Positions 43,079 through 53,365 of a DNA stretch of 64,000 nt are shown here, piece by piece. The translations under genes were made by a program, and so were the position numbers. The notes beneath the pieces are model-generated. The model was not told the DNA's origin. It worked only from the letters and a program-made list of their open reading frames with translations, and ran no database searches. How positions within the stretch are numbered: the stretch's first letter is position 1; the number at the start of each line of letters is the position of its first letter. The stretch comes from an uncultured Candidatus Melainabacteria bacterium (lineage in GTDB: Bacteria; Cyanobacteriota; Vampirovibrionia; Gastranaerophilales; Gastranaerophilaceae): positions 217,858 to 281,857 of the forward strand of contig CAKUZD010000002.1 in the NCBI GenBank assembly GCA_934718275.1, read 5' to 3'.

Positions 43079-45403
43079 ATGATAGTAGGAAGATATACAT
43101 ACAATGGAGTAAAGCAACGACATAAGACAAACGGAGAACTATCTCCAAATCGAGTACCTCTATCTTCCGAGTTCTTGTCTTCAAAAAATTCAATAAATGA
43201 GAGACCTTTAAAAAGTAATCTAAATGATTTATCTTTTAAAGGTCTTTCTTTTAATGGGGTAAATTCAAACCAACAACAAAATCCAAAACCTAAAAAAGAT
43301 GATAAGATGAAGCCGCTTTTATATACTGTTGGTGCTCTGTTGGCAACAGGTTTAGCTCTTAGGTTTGCACCAAGATATAAAGATGCCGGTCAATATAGTA
43401 TTAAAGAGTTTTCTCAATTCTCTCAAAAATATATGGGAATTACTAAAGATAAACTTGGGAAAACAACTCAAACTTCTATCGGAGAAGAATTATTAGAACA
43501 TGTTAAAAATTCTAAATTAACCGATAATATGATTAAAATTGACGGGGACAAGATTTCTTTCCGTAAAAAGACTATTCCTCAGCTTATTTGGGATGGCTTA
43601 ATTTATCCCGTCAAAGTTTTGCCTGCTGATATCTTAAATGGGACAGTTGAGTTAATCGGAAAAATTAAACCATTTAAAGGTTGGGCTCAAGAAACATTAC
43701 AGAAACCGTTATTCAAGAATATAAGACAACGTTCTAAAGTTGATGCTCAAATGAATTCTCTCAGAGGTCTATTTGAAACTATGGAAAAAGTCAAAAATTT
43801 ACCTGATAATGAGAAGTCAGCTGAAATGTTCCAACGTTCAATAAAAATGTTTGACCCTAAAACAGGTAATTATGATACAAAACATGAACGTTCTTTAAAC
43901 AGACTTGTTTCCGGTTTGCCTCCGGCAATTTTCTTAGCAAATGATGCATATAACTTGTCTCGAATGATGGATGATGATAAAAATTCTGCAAGTCATGAAC
44001 AAAAAGTCAGATTTAAACAGGAAATGGCAAGAATTGGATTTAATGCATATATTACACTGGTTACTTTAGGTGCATTAAACAAATATATTAATAATTCAAA
44101 GATGGGCATTATGTTGATGACAGCATTAACTACCCTTACTACAGAAGCATTTTCCCGTGTTATAAATGGAAAACATATTACAAGGTTAACTCCGGAAGAA
44201 GCTAGAAAAGAAAACGCTAAAAATCATGCTCCGGAAGCAAATATAAAACCTGAAGTTTCTTTTAAGGCAACTGAAAATAAAAAAGACGATAAAGAAAAAG
44301 CTCAAAAACCGTTATTATCTTTAAGTACCGTTGGCAAAGCAGTAGGTGCAATTATTGTTGGCGGTTTCGCCATAAAAGGTGCAAGAAAAATTGATGCTGT
44401 TGATAATGCTTGGAAATCATTTGCAGGATTTTTCAAAAATCACTATAATAAATTAACTCAAGTTGATGATTATAAAATCTCAAAAGATAAATTTGATAAC
44501 ATAACTAAAGTTCTTGAAGAAAATGGATTTACTTCATTGGCAGAAAAATATAAAAAAGTTGCTAAAACTGCAACAAATGCCGATGGGTCAATTAGCTTGG
44601 GTAAAAAAGATAAAAAAGTTAAACCTTTAGTAAATTTCGTAATTGCTCCATTTAAGTTTATTTGGAAATATGGTTCAATGCCATATAAATTTGTGGATGA
44701 CGCCATAAGTACAGTATTCAAAAAAGGTACAAAAGCTTCAAAGAAAGCCACTCCGGAAATTTCAGCATTAGCAAAAAGTGTAGACAATATCGGAAATATG
44801 GCTGAAAAATATTCTAAAGGTAAAATTGATAAGAAACAATTCCACGATTATGTAACAGACAATATTTTGAAAGCGTTTAATGTTGATACTATGTCAAACG
44901 TTTCAAACAGCGAGCTTTCTAACTTAGCAAAAACTGCTGCACTTGCTGCTACTATTTGGTTCTTGATGACAGATAATTATAATATGGTAATGTTAAAATC
45001 AAATGGTAATGATGTTGAAGGTGCTAAGACCAAATTTAAAGAAAGATTTGTTCAAGAAGGATCAAGGTTGTTCTATCAAACATTATTAATTGATTTATTT
45101 AATAGTACATTTAGTAAACAATATCACCAATCTTTATTCGGAATGAGTTGGATAACTTTAACAAATACAACAATAGGTGAATGGTTGACAAGAAAATCTG
45201 TAGGTGTTCCTGTTGGAACTCATTCAAGAGAGCAATTGCTTGCGATAGAGGAAAAACAAGATAAAGCTACCGGTTTTACAAGGAAATATTATGACTTTAT
45301 GAAGCGTTTAACCGGAAAACGTTCAATTAAAACTTATGAAGTTGCTCAAAAAACACAAGATTTAAAAACAAAAACTTCCGGTCAGTTGACAACAAAAGCG
45401 TAA
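43079..45403 (+). CDS. large hypothetical membrane-associated protein (774 aa)
   Basis: Long ORF with hydrophobic segments (LLYTVGALLATGLALRF, GFNAYITLVTLGAL, AVGAIIVGGFAI, AALAATIWFLM). No recognisable family. Confidence 0.65.
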   Translation: MIVGRYTYNGVKQRHKTNGELSPNRVPLSSEFLSSKNSINERPLKSNLNDLSFKGLSFNGVNSNQQQNPKPKKDDKMKPLLYTVGALLATGLALRFAPRYKDAGQYSIKEFSQFSQKYMGITKDKLGKTTQTSIGEELLEHVKNSKLTDNMIKIDGDKISFRKKTIPQLIWDGLIYPVKVLPADILNGTVELIGKIKPFKGWAQETLQKPLFKNIRQRSKVDAQMNSLRGLFETMEKVKNLPDNEKSAEMFQRSIKMFDPKTGNYDTKHERSLNRLVSGLPPAIFLANDAYNLSRMMDDDKNSASHEQKVRFKQEMARIGFNAYITLVTLGALNKYINNSKMGIMLMTALTTLTTEAFSRVINGKHITRLTPEEARKENAKNHAPEANIKPEVSFKATENKKDDKEKAQKPLLSLSTVGKAVGAIIVGGFAIKGARKIDAVDNAWKSFAGFFKNHYNKLTQVDDYKISKDKFDNITKVLEENGFTSLAEKYKKVAKTATNADGSISLGKKDKKVKPLVNFVIAPFKFIWKYGSMPYKFVDDAISTVFKKGTKASKKATPEISALAKSVDNIGNMAEKYSKGKIDKKQFHDYVTDNILKAFNVDTMSNVSNSELSNLAKTAALAATIWFLMTDNYNMVMLKSNGNDVEGAKTKFKERFVQEGSRLFYQTLLIDLFNSTFSKQYHQSLFGMSWITLTNTTIGEWLTRKSVGVPVGTHSREQLLAIEEKQDKATGFTRKYYDFMKRLTGKRSIKTYEVAQKTQDLKTKTSGQLTTKA

Positions 45404-45434
45404 GTTGTTTATCTATATAATTTTGGATTATTGA

Positions 45435-46238
45435 TTAAGCTATATTTTTGATGATTTCAAGTACTAAACTTTTGAATTTTGTTTTTGCAGTATTAGCAGC
45501 CTCAATAACTTCTTCATGTGAAAGCTTTCCGCCGGTTTCAGAGCTTGCAGCATTTGTAATACAACTAATTCCGAGTACTCTTAGTCCACAATAGTTTGCA
45601 ACTATTGCTTCCGGTACTGTAGACATTCCGACAGCATCTCCACCCAGTTTTCTAATCATTTTTATTTCTGCAGGAGTTTCATAATTTGGACCTGAGTTTG
45701 CCCAATATACACCTTCTTGAAGTTTAATATTTAAAGAGTTTGCGCATTTTTCGGCTAGTTTAATTAGGTCTTTTTTATAAACTTCTGTCATATCAGGAAA
45801 TCTTTCACCAAGAGAATTATCATTTGGACCGATTAGCGGATTAGCTCCCATATTATTAATATGGTCTGTTATTAACATCAAATCTGCCGGTTTATAAGTT
45901 TCATTTACAGCTCCTGCTGCATTTGTAAGAATAAGAGTTTTTACCCCTAATGCTTTCATAACTTTGACAGGATATGTTATTTCTTGCATTGAGTGCCCTT
46001 CGTAGAAATGGTTTCTTCCTTGCATCATTACAACATTTTTATTGTTAATTTTTGCAAAAACTAATCTGCCTTTATGTCCCTGCACAGTTGATTTTATAAA
46101 ATTAGGGATGTTGTTATAAGATACAGCTATGTCACAATATTCATCTGCAAGTTCTCCAAGCCCGGAACCTAAAATAATTCCGATTTCAGGTTTGAAATTG
46201 TTTGTTTGCTTGTTAATGAATGCGATGCTGTTTTCCAT
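45435..46238 (-). CDS. punA: purine nucleoside phosphorylase (PNP/MTAP family)
   Basis: GIILGSGLG, MQGRNHFYEG, TNAAG, GMSTVPE motifs. Confidence 0.85.
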   Translation of the reverse strand: MENSIAFINKQTNNFKPEIGIILGSGLGELADEYCDIAVSYNNIPNFIKSTVQGHKGRLVFAKINNKNVVMMQGRNHFYEGHSMQEITYPVKVMKALGVKTLILTNAAGAVNETYKPADLMLITDHINNMGANPLIGPNDNSLGERFPDMTEVYKKDLIKLAEKCANSLNIKLQEGVYWANSGPNYETPAEIKMIRKLGGDAVGMSTVPEAIVANYCGLRVLGISCITNAASSETGGKLSHEEVIEAANTAKTKFKSLVLEIIKNIA

Positions 46239-46331
46239 AATTAACCCCTCTTGTATTTGTATTTAAATAAGACCTTTTTTATACACAAAAGGGCACAAGT
46301 ATACAAACTTGTGCCTTAAAATAAATTTCTA

Positions 46332-46574
46332 TTAACCTACCAGCCTGTCTTCGTCAGCTTCTGCTGCTTTTACCATAATGGCATGTTCTACAGGATTTTC
46401 TTTTTTGTAAGTTGTGTCAAAATTTTCTTCGAAATTAAAATCATCATGAGCTTTTTTAGCCTGATTTTCATCAACAAGTTTTTTGGCTAATTCTGCTATT
46501 TCATAAACCAATTTGTATCTGTTATCAGTGTTATCGTTTAAGTCCCATGCAATTTTGATTATCTGATCCATCAT
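46332..46574 (-). CDS. possible RNA polymerase omega-like subunit (tentative)
   Basis: 80 aa. DNRYKLVYEIAELAKKL resembles the omega NRY helix. A terminator-like hairpin ggcacaagt/acttgtgcc lies at 46291-46317 downstream. Confidence 0.35.
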   Translation of the reverse strand: MMDQIIKIAWDLNDNTDNRYKLVYEIAELAKKLVDENQAKKAHDDFNFEENFDTTYKKENPVEHAIMVKAAEADEDRLVG

Positions 46575-46655
46575 AAGTTAATAAACCTCACTTTTATTTT
46601 ATATGTTTATAGTATAATACAAAAACTTTTTTGGCAAGTAGCAAAAAAATATGGG

Positions 46656-47309
46656 TTGATGTATAATTGCGATATGAAAATTTTCAACGGAATGCATAAA
46701 TATGTGTGGCTTGAATTTGTGGTATGGTTTTTTATTCTTTGTGTAACTGTTGCAGGTATAAAAATTCATTGTTATCATAAAGAAAAGTCTCTTATTACAT
46801 ATCAAATTTTTATGCCGGATGTTGATGGTTTGGTTGTTGGTTCGCCTGTAAAATTTATGGGAGTTCAAGTTGGTTATGTCGAAAAAATCAAAATTGTTAG
46901 AGAAGATGTTTATGTGAAAATAGTGATTACTGACAAAGGGGTAACTTTACCGAAAGGTTCGGTTGCTACTGTCGAGTTTAACGGAATGGGTGGCTCTAAA
47001 TCTTTAGAAGTATACCCACCTACGGAAGAAAGTCTTGCAATTAATAAGCTTATTGTTGTAGAAAATCCTAAAAGACTAAATGATGCTCTAGGGTTGTTGA
47101 GTCAGATGTTTGATAAAATTGGTTCTATAACAACTAGAATGTCATTCTTCGCAGAAGAAACCGGTATTGAAAATATGAATGACAGTATAAATCTTGATGA
47201 AATTCAATCTAATATGGATATTTTTGATAAAATAATGAAAGAAATTTCGGAAATTAATAAAAAAGGAGTTGAAGAAGATGAACAACGCGAAAGTCAGAAT
47301 AATAAATAA
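46656..47309 (+). CDS. MlaD/MCE-family protein
   Basis: N-terminal TM then DVDGLVVGSPVKFMGVQVGYVEKIKI. Start uncertain (ATG 46659 or 46674). Confidence 0.7.
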   Translation: MMYNCDMKIFNGMHKYVWLEFVVWFFILCVTVAGIKIHCYHKEKSLITYQIFMPDVDGLVVGSPVKFMGVQVGYVEKIKIVREDVYVKIVITDKGVTLPKGSVATVEFNGMGGSKSLEVYPPTEESLAINKLIVVENPKRLNDALGLLSQMFDKIGSITTRMSFFAEETGIENMNDSINLDEIQSNMDIFDKIMKEISEINKKGVEEDEQRESQNNK

Positions 47310-47928
47310 TCCTGTGGTGCTTTTAAATTTATGCACAATGCGAGACAAAAATACTGATAGTCAAGGTGTTAGAATTGCAACAAGAAAGATTACAAGATGT
47401 CTTTTGTATGAAGCTGCAAAAAATTTGCCACTTGTCGATACTGAAGTTACGACTCCTTTAACAACTTTTACAACTAAAACAGTTGACCCTAACATTAATT
47501 TGATAATTTCCCCAATATTACGTGCGGGGTTGATTTTTACAGATGAGGCAATTGATATTTTACCGCAGGCTTGTATCAGGCATATCGGAATGTATAGGGA
47601 TGAAAAAACTCTAAAACCTGTATGGTATTACAATAAAGTGCCTATGGATGCTCCAAATCCGGAAAATTTTTATATTTATATTACTGATCCAATGCTTGCA
47701 ACCGGAAATTCATTGATAGAAGTAATTGAATTATATGCTAATAAAGGAATTCCTATTGACAATATCAAGGTAATATGTATAATTGCAGCTCCTCAGGGAA
47801 TTGAAAATATTCAAAAACATTATCCTGATATTGAAATTATTACGGCTGCAGTTGATGACCATTTGAATGAAAAAGGGTACATTGTTCCCGGGATGGGTGA
47901 TGCCGGCGATAGAATATTTAATACATAG
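47269..47928 (+). CDS. upp: uracil phosphoribosyltransferase
   Basis: DPMLATGNS PRPP motif and C-terminal GYIVPGMGDAGDRIFNT. Alternative start at 47278. Confidence 0.9.
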   Translation: MKKMNNAKVRIINNPVVLLNLCTMRDKNTDSQGVRIATRKITRCLLYEAAKNLPLVDTEVTTPLTTFTTKTVDPNINLIISPILRAGLIFTDEAIDILPQACIRHIGMYRDEKTLKPVWYYNKVPMDAPNPENFYIYITDPMLATGNSLIEVIELYANKGIPIDNIKVICIIAAPQGIENIQKHYPDIEIITAAVDDHLNEKGYIVPGMGDAGDRIFNT

Positions 47929-47969
47929 AAAAAGTTTATACTGATTATAGAATTACTTGTGATTAAAAA

Positions 47970-48926
47970 TTAAACCAATATTTTTATTTCACCAACTTTT
48001 TGTCCATGTAAAGTTTTGATATCCAAATCCATAGGGATTTCTGCCCAATGAAGGTTTTTCAAAATTTGACAAACAACAAGTTCTCGTGCCTTCATATCAC
48101 AATCAGCAATTTTTACAACAAATGCTTCTTCTGTTTGCGTATTAACAACAATACACAATCCTCCTGCGCCAACTTTAGCAACAATGTTTTTAGAATTTGT
48201 AATAATTTTAGTATCAGTTCTGTCCTCTCCGCCAATAATGTAAGGGTGATTTAAGAAGGCATTTTTAATTTTTTCATATTTAGGATTGCAAAACAGGTTT
48301 AGATAGCCGTGTAACATGTTGGTTAAAGGCATTGACATAATTGGCACTCCACAACCGTCAGTTGTTAGTGGATATGCTTTTGTTACTTTGCATAATTCAT
48401 ATATTTTTTTTCTAATAGCGATTTGTAGTGGATGATCGGGATGGTCATAAGTTTCTAAATCCCAATCTTTCATTTTACATAAGCCAAGCATCATAACATG
48501 TTTCCCGGAACAATTATTTTGTAAAGGATGTTCCGAATTTCCATTAAGTAACATTTGGGTTTGTTCTGTTTTGGATAAAGGCTTCTGCAAACCACATTTT
48601 AAATAACTTTCATCTAGTCCTATTTTTTTTAGAATGTTTCCTGCTATTTGTACATGAATTTTTTCGCCTGCATGAGATGCGCAACAAATTGCAATTTCTT
48701 CTTCTGTCATGTCATAAAATTCATCCATCCCGAAGTCTATTAATAAACTTGCTTGAAGTGGTTTAGCGCATGAACGAAGGTAAAACGGGTAGTTTTTTGC
48801 ATCTCCGGTAAAATCAAAAGCTCTATTTTTATCTGCAAGCACAACAAATCCGTAATGTTCTTGATCTACAAGTCCATCTCGGTTATATTCAAGTAGTAAT
48901 TCTGGTTCTGTATTATTGTTGACCAT
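47970..48926 (-). CDS. asparaginase II family protein
   Basis: RSCAKPLQA, CASHAGE, NNCSGKHVMML, DHPLQ and TDGCGVP parallel Rhizobium-type L-asparaginase II. Confidence 0.8.
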   Translation of the reverse strand: MVNNNTEPELLLEYNRDGLVDQEHYGFVVLADKNRAFDFTGDAKNYPFYLRSCAKPLQASLLIDFGMDEFYDMTEEEIAICCASHAGEKIHVQIAGNILKKIGLDESYLKCGLQKPLSKTEQTQMLLNGNSEHPLQNNCSGKHVMMLGLCKMKDWDLETYDHPDHPLQIAIRKKIYELCKVTKAYPLTTDGCGVPIMSMPLTNMLHGYLNLFCNPKYEKIKNAFLNHPYIIGGEDRTDTKIITNSKNIVAKVGAGGLCIVVNTQTEEAFVVKIADCDMKARELVVCQILKNLHWAEIPMDLDIKTLHGQKVGEIKILV

Positions 48927-49731
48927 TTCTTTTTACCAATTCTAATAATTGTAACATTTTGCGTTTTAGTTTTAAATTTTCATCTTTTAATTTTGCAATT
49001 TCTTCTTCAAATTTTTGATTTTCGTTTGTAAATGTTGTTTCCGGTTTTGGGACAGTAGTGTAATCTAAAATAAATCTTTTCTTAGCTTCTTCTTTAAGTT
49101 GAAGTAATGCTTTTAAATCAGCCTCTTTTACGTAGCCCAAATCTATAAGAATTTGACCAAATTGTTTAGGAGTTCCACTTTCTTGAGCATCTCTAAAAGC
49201 CAAGATGGCTTTTTGTAACTCATCAACAGTTAATGCTCCTTTTTGCTTAAAGTATTCGCCAACTCTAAATTTGCCGGCAATAAAACCGGCCATAGCATGA
49301 ATTTCTTTCGAGTCAGGAACTTTGATAAAGTTTTGTTCTAAACACAATTCATAGTATTTTGCAACTTCTTCCATTGACAAAAATGTATTTACGGAAATTT
49401 CAATCATGCTGTATCCATTTGCACAACCTTGCAAAAAATTATAAATATTATTGTCAAGTCCGCATTTATGTTCCATAAGTTCGGTTTTTCCTTTAAAAGT
49501 AAGAGTTGGAACAAACGTAGAGAAAATATAATCTTTATGTTCTCTTAAAAAGTTTTCGCATCCGTAATTCTGCATTTCATTAGACAATTTTAAGTATAAA
49601 ACTTGTTTAATCCAAAATGGAACGTTAAAAATCTTGTCTAAAAATAATTCAAAAATGTTCTTTCTCAAATCAACCTCGCAAATAAAAATACTATATGTTG
49701 AAATTATAACATATTTCAAATTTTTATTCAA
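48913..49731 (-). CDS. hypothetical protein with T2SSE_N/MshEN-like segment and C-terminal coiled coil
   Basis: FGQILIDLGYVKEADLKALLQ resembles GspE N-terminal repeats. C-terminal heptad-like EEEIAKLKDENLKLKRKMLQLLE. Confidence 0.5.
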   Translation of the reverse strand: MNKNLKYVIISTYSIFICEVDLRKNIFELFLDKIFNVPFWIKQVLYLKLSNEMQNYGCENFLREHKDYIFSTFVPTLTFKGKTELMEHKCGLDNNIYNFLQGCANGYSMIEISVNTFLSMEEVAKYYELCLEQNFIKVPDSKEIHAMAGFIAGKFRVGEYFKQKGALTVDELQKAILAFRDAQESGTPKQFGQILIDLGYVKEADLKALLQLKEEAKKRFILDYTTVPKPETTFTNENQKFEEEIAKLKDENLKLKRKMLQLLELVKRNGQQ

Positions 49732-49846
49732 GTTTTCAATAAAGCCGCAGATTAGGCAAAAAGTGGTATAGAAATCTTCTGCTTTGTGCTATTGATTTAT
49801 GTTTTGAAAAATAGTATTATAAAGAAAACATAGGAGAATTTTATAT

Positions 49847-51040
49847 ATGGAAAAAGAAATGAAAAAGAAGATTACGATTGCAACTATTGCAATTGTAGGT
49901 ATAATTACGACAATAAAACTTGCTATAATATACTATAATGCTAATTTTAATCCTTATGCGCTTTCAAGTTTTTGTTCTGTTAACGAATTTATTGATTGTG
50001 ATGGGATTGCCAAAACTCCGGAATCTCAATTCTTAGGAATTCCTTTGGCTTATTGGGGAATGTTTTTCTATGCATTTGTGTTTTTAATGTTATTTGCCAA
50101 AAAATTGAAAAATTTTAAACTGTTTAAGTTTATGGAAGTGTTTAAAAATCCTTTCGATTATATTGCTTCTTTAGGCCTATTGGCATTTGTTATATCAATG
50201 ATTTTGCTATGTTTAAGTTTATTTGATATTAAAAAACTTTGTATTTTGTGTGCATTTACTTATATTTTGAATTTCGCAATCGGTTGCGTTGCTACAGATT
50301 TTAAAAATGGTGGCTTTATACATTCTATAAAACAAAGTGTTTTGGATTTTATTGATGCAATAAAAATAAAAAAATACTTAATAGCATTTATTGCGGTAGT
50401 TGCAGTGGCTGTTGGCTTTTTAGCATATACTCGCATAACATTCAAATTTGCGCCACAGGTAAAAAGACAGTTAGAATTTAAGGAATTTAAGCATAAAAAA
50501 AATAAATATGCTGTAAAAGGAAATCTTTTAGGAGATGAAAACGCAAAAGTAGTAGTTTATGTTTATTCTGATTATCAATGCCCTGTTTGCCCTATTCATA
50601 ATGCTATGATGCATAAACTTGCGAAAGAGGTTAAAGGAATAAAAATTATTCACAGAAACTTGCCTTTAGATACGGATTGTAATGCATATTTGCAAGCTCC
50701 GTTTCATCAAGGTTCTTGTATAGATGCACAATACTCTATTGCGGCAGAAAAGCAAGGGAAATTATGGGAAATGAATGAAATTCTATTTGAGAAAAAACCT
50801 CAAACTGAAGAAGAAATTTTAAACCTTGTTGCCAACAAGGGTTTTGATTTGGATAAGTTGCAAGAAGATGCAAATAGTTTAGAAACTCAAAATGAACTGA
50901 AAAAAGATATTGATTTTGCTTATAAACACGGAATTATGGGAACTCCGTCAACAATGATTAATAATGATGTGTATGTAGGAATAAAACCATATAAAGAATT
51001 TAAGGAATGGGTTGAAAAATATGGAGCAGCAGAAAAATAA
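49847..51040 (+). CDS. vitamin K epoxide reductase (VKOR) fused to DsbA/thioredoxin-like domain
   Basis: VKOR part has CSVNEFIDCDGIAKTPESQFLGIPLAYWG and CILC in a TM helix. C-terminal domain has YSDYQCPVCP. Confidence 0.8.
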   Translation: MEKEMKKKITIATIAIVGIITTIKLAIIYYNANFNPYALSSFCSVNEFIDCDGIAKTPESQFLGIPLAYWGMFFYAFVFLMLFAKKLKNFKLFKFMEVFKNPFDYIASLGLLAFVISMILLCLSLFDIKKLCILCAFTYILNFAIGCVATDFKNGGFIHSIKQSVLDFIDAIKIKKYLIAFIAVVAVAVGFLAYTRITFKFAPQVKRQLEFKEFKHKKNKYAVKGNLLGDENAKVVVYVYSDYQCPVCPIHNAMMHKLAKEVKGIKIIHRNLPLDTDCNAYLQAPFHQGSCIDAQYSIAAEKQGKLWEMNEILFEKKPQTEEEILNLVANKGFDLDKLQEDANSLETQNELKKDIDFAYKHGIMGTPSTMINNDVYVGIKPYKEFKEWVEKYGAAEK

Positions 51041-51566
51041 AATAGTTCTTCATGCATGTTGTGGAATTTGTTCCGGATATCCTGTGTCTTTTTTGCAAGA
51101 TGCGGGATATCAGGTTATTGTGTACTTTTATAACCCGAATATTTATCCGAGTGAAGAATATCAAAAAAGACTTGAAGCTGAAAAAATTCTTTGTGAGCAT
51201 TTTGGATGTGAACTGATTGAGGGAGAATATAATACCGATAAATTTTATGAAGCTGCTAAAGGTTTGGAACAAGAGCCGGAACGTGGAGAAAGATGCAGTA
51301 AGTGTTTTGAATTACGCTTGAAAAAAACTGCTGAATTTGCGAAATCAAGAGGTGTTAAAGATTTTACTACTTCTATTGTGATAAGTCCACACAAAAATTT
51401 TCAGAAACTTTCGGAAATTGGGCAAAAGTTGGCACAAGAAGAAGGCTTGAATTTCTTGGCAATAGATTTTAAAAAGAAAGATGGTTTTTTGAAAACAAAT
51501 AAAATATCCAAGGAATTAGGGTTATATCGACAAAATTACTGTGGTTGTAAATTTAGTTTAAGATAA
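51012..51566 (+). CDS. queH: epoxyqueuosine reductase QueH (DUF208)
   Basis: LHACCGICS, YFYNPNIYPSEEY, CSKCFELR, NYCGC cysteine pattern. Confidence 0.8.
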   Translation: MKNMEQQKNKIVLHACCGICSGYPVSFLQDAGYQVIVYFYNPNIYPSEEYQKRLEAEKILCEHFGCELIEGEYNTDKFYEAAKGLEQEPERGERCSKCFELRLKKTAEFAKSRGVKDFTTSIVISPHKNFQKLSEIGQKLAQEEGLNFLAIDFKKKDGFLKTNKISKELGLYRQNYCGCKFSLR

Positions 51567-51669
51567 ATCATATATATACACTATGAATTCTCTTAAAAAT
51601 GTTATATAATAAAATAAAAGCTTGATTAATAAGATAAAATAATTAATAAGAGAGAAAAAGGATGAGAGT

Positions 51670-52695
51670 ATGAATAACAAGTTTATTTTAACATTGGCAT
51701 TGTTACTTGCTGCAGGGTCGTTGGGTGCTTATGCGGTTGGAGTTGAAGGTTTGCAACCTCTTGATAACAATTCTTCAAGAAGTTCTGTTTATAAGGATGC
51801 TGTAGCTGCGGATAAACAAAAAGCAACAGAACAAAATTCCGGTAGTACTACAAGTTTGAATATTAATACAAGTACAGTTTATTATCCAAATGCGACTACA
51901 AAAAGTATCGCCGCAAAATATAAAATGGGTAATTATTCAGGTTGTATGCAAGAATGCTATTCTTTGTTGAAAAAACAACCAAACAATGCAATTGCATATT
52001 ACTATTTGGCTATGGTTTATACACATCTTAATATGCAGGATAAAGCAGTTGAAGCTTATAATAAAGTTATCAGTCTTAACCCTGGGCAATATTTAGTTGA
52101 CTATGCAACAAAAGGGCGTGATTGTTTGACCGGTGGTCCAGCTTGTCATCCTCAAGAAGTAAAACAAGAAGAACAGCTTGATGATTTGGATAAATTTATC
52201 AGAGCGCCTTATGGAAACGGCTTGTCTCCGGAATTGAATAATGAAGTTAGACAAAAACAACTAAATAGTATTCAAGAAACAATTAATAAGAAAGATAATC
52301 TTGAAAATCGAGATATCCAAAAAATCAAGAATTTTGACAATAAAAAGTCTGAAGCAGAAGAAACAATTAAAATTGCACAAGTTTCTGATGACGATGTCCT
52401 AAAAGCGATTGATACACTAAAAGAAGCAGGTGTAAATGTCTCTGTATCTAACAGTTCAGAGCAAAATCCTTATGCGGCTATGACTCAGTATCAAGACCCA
52501 AGAGTTGCAGAAATGAGTATGTTGCTTGGAAACAATAATAACAATAGCAACAACAGCATGATGAATATGATTCCTCTAATGATGAGCCAAGCTCAAAAAG
52601 GAGAAAATATTGATCCTCGTTTAATGCAGACTATGATGATGAATTCAATGATGTCTGATTTTAATTATATGAATAATAACAACAATAATTATTAA
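51670..52695 (+). CDS. secreted TPR-containing protein with N/M-rich tail
   Basis: Signal peptide. TPR unit AIAYYYLAMVYTHLNMQDKAVEAYNKVISLNP. C-terminal poly-N/M low complexity. Confidence 0.7.
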   Translation: MNNKFILTLALLLAAGSLGAYAVGVEGLQPLDNNSSRSSVYKDAVAADKQKATEQNSGSTTSLNINTSTVYYPNATTKSIAAKYKMGNYSGCMQECYSLLKKQPNNAIAYYYLAMVYTHLNMQDKAVEAYNKVISLNPGQYLVDYATKGRDCLTGGPACHPQEVKQEEQLDDLDKFIRAPYGNGLSPELNNEVRQKQLNSIQETINKKDNLENRDIQKIKNFDNKKSEAEETIKIAQVSDDDVLKAIDTLKEAGVNVSVSNSSEQNPYAAMTQYQDPRVAEMSMLLGNNNNNSNNSMMNMIPLMMSQAQKGENIDPRLMQTMMMNSMMSDFNYMNNNNNNY

Positions 52696-52701
52696 TAATT
52701 T

Positions 52702-53307
52702 ATGGTATTAGATTATAAAACAGCTAAAGAAAAATTGTTGACAGGTTTGGTAGATAGAGACTGTCAGCAATTTTTTGTAAAAAATGGATGTGTTTTTGAA
52801 GATGCATATTTGCATTTTTTGGCAGGCGATTTCTCTTATGCCAAAAAACAATTTGAGATAATGGAAGATGTTAATATTCGAGCTCATTGGTCGTTGTTTG
52901 AAATATCACTGATTGAGGGAGAAGTGGAAAAATATCCATCGTATTTTGAGTTAAGAAATTTTTTGGAAATTGATTTAAATATTTTTATAACATATTGCCT
53001 TGGAACTTATGTGGAAAATATCGTTCGTTATGCAGATTTTATGTATACAATAAATCCTGAAGTTCATAAATTTATTGGCCGAGTTTTGTACAATAATAAT
53101 TTAAAAGAACAAGGAATGTTTTTCTTGAAAAGAGCAAAAAACTATTTTTATCATGATCCCGAACTTCATTATCTGCTTGCCTATATTTATAACGAAAATG
53201 GAGATATCGAAAATGCTCAGAAGGCTTTGGAAGCTTGTTTAAATGTTTTGCCAAATTACTTTCCTGCAAGAGATTTATTAGAAAAACTTAAAAAAAATAA
53301 TTTGTAG
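52702..53307 (+). CDS. hypothetical TPR-like helical protein
   Basis: 201-aa ORF. C-terminal TPR-like HYLLAYIYNENGDIENAQKALEACLNVLPNY. Confidence 0.55.
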   Translation: MVLDYKTAKEKLLTGLVDRDCQQFFVKNGCVFEDAYLHFLAGDFSYAKKQFEIMEDVNIRAHWSLFEISLIEGEVEKYPSYFELRNFLEIDLNIFITYCLGTYVENIVRYADFMYTINPEVHKFIGRVLYNNNLKEQGMFFLKRAKNYFYHDPELHYLLAYIYNENGDIENAQKALEACLNVLPNYFPARDLLEKLKKNNL

Positions 53308-53365
53308 GTTTTAATTGTTCGTGATACACTCATTTTACAAAATACTACCAGTGGAGAAAATTTTT

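Noticed and set aside
46599-46868. 89-aa minus-strand ORF
   Set aside because: It overlaps the start of the MlaD-like gene in antisense, has AT-rich nonsense composition and has no RBS.
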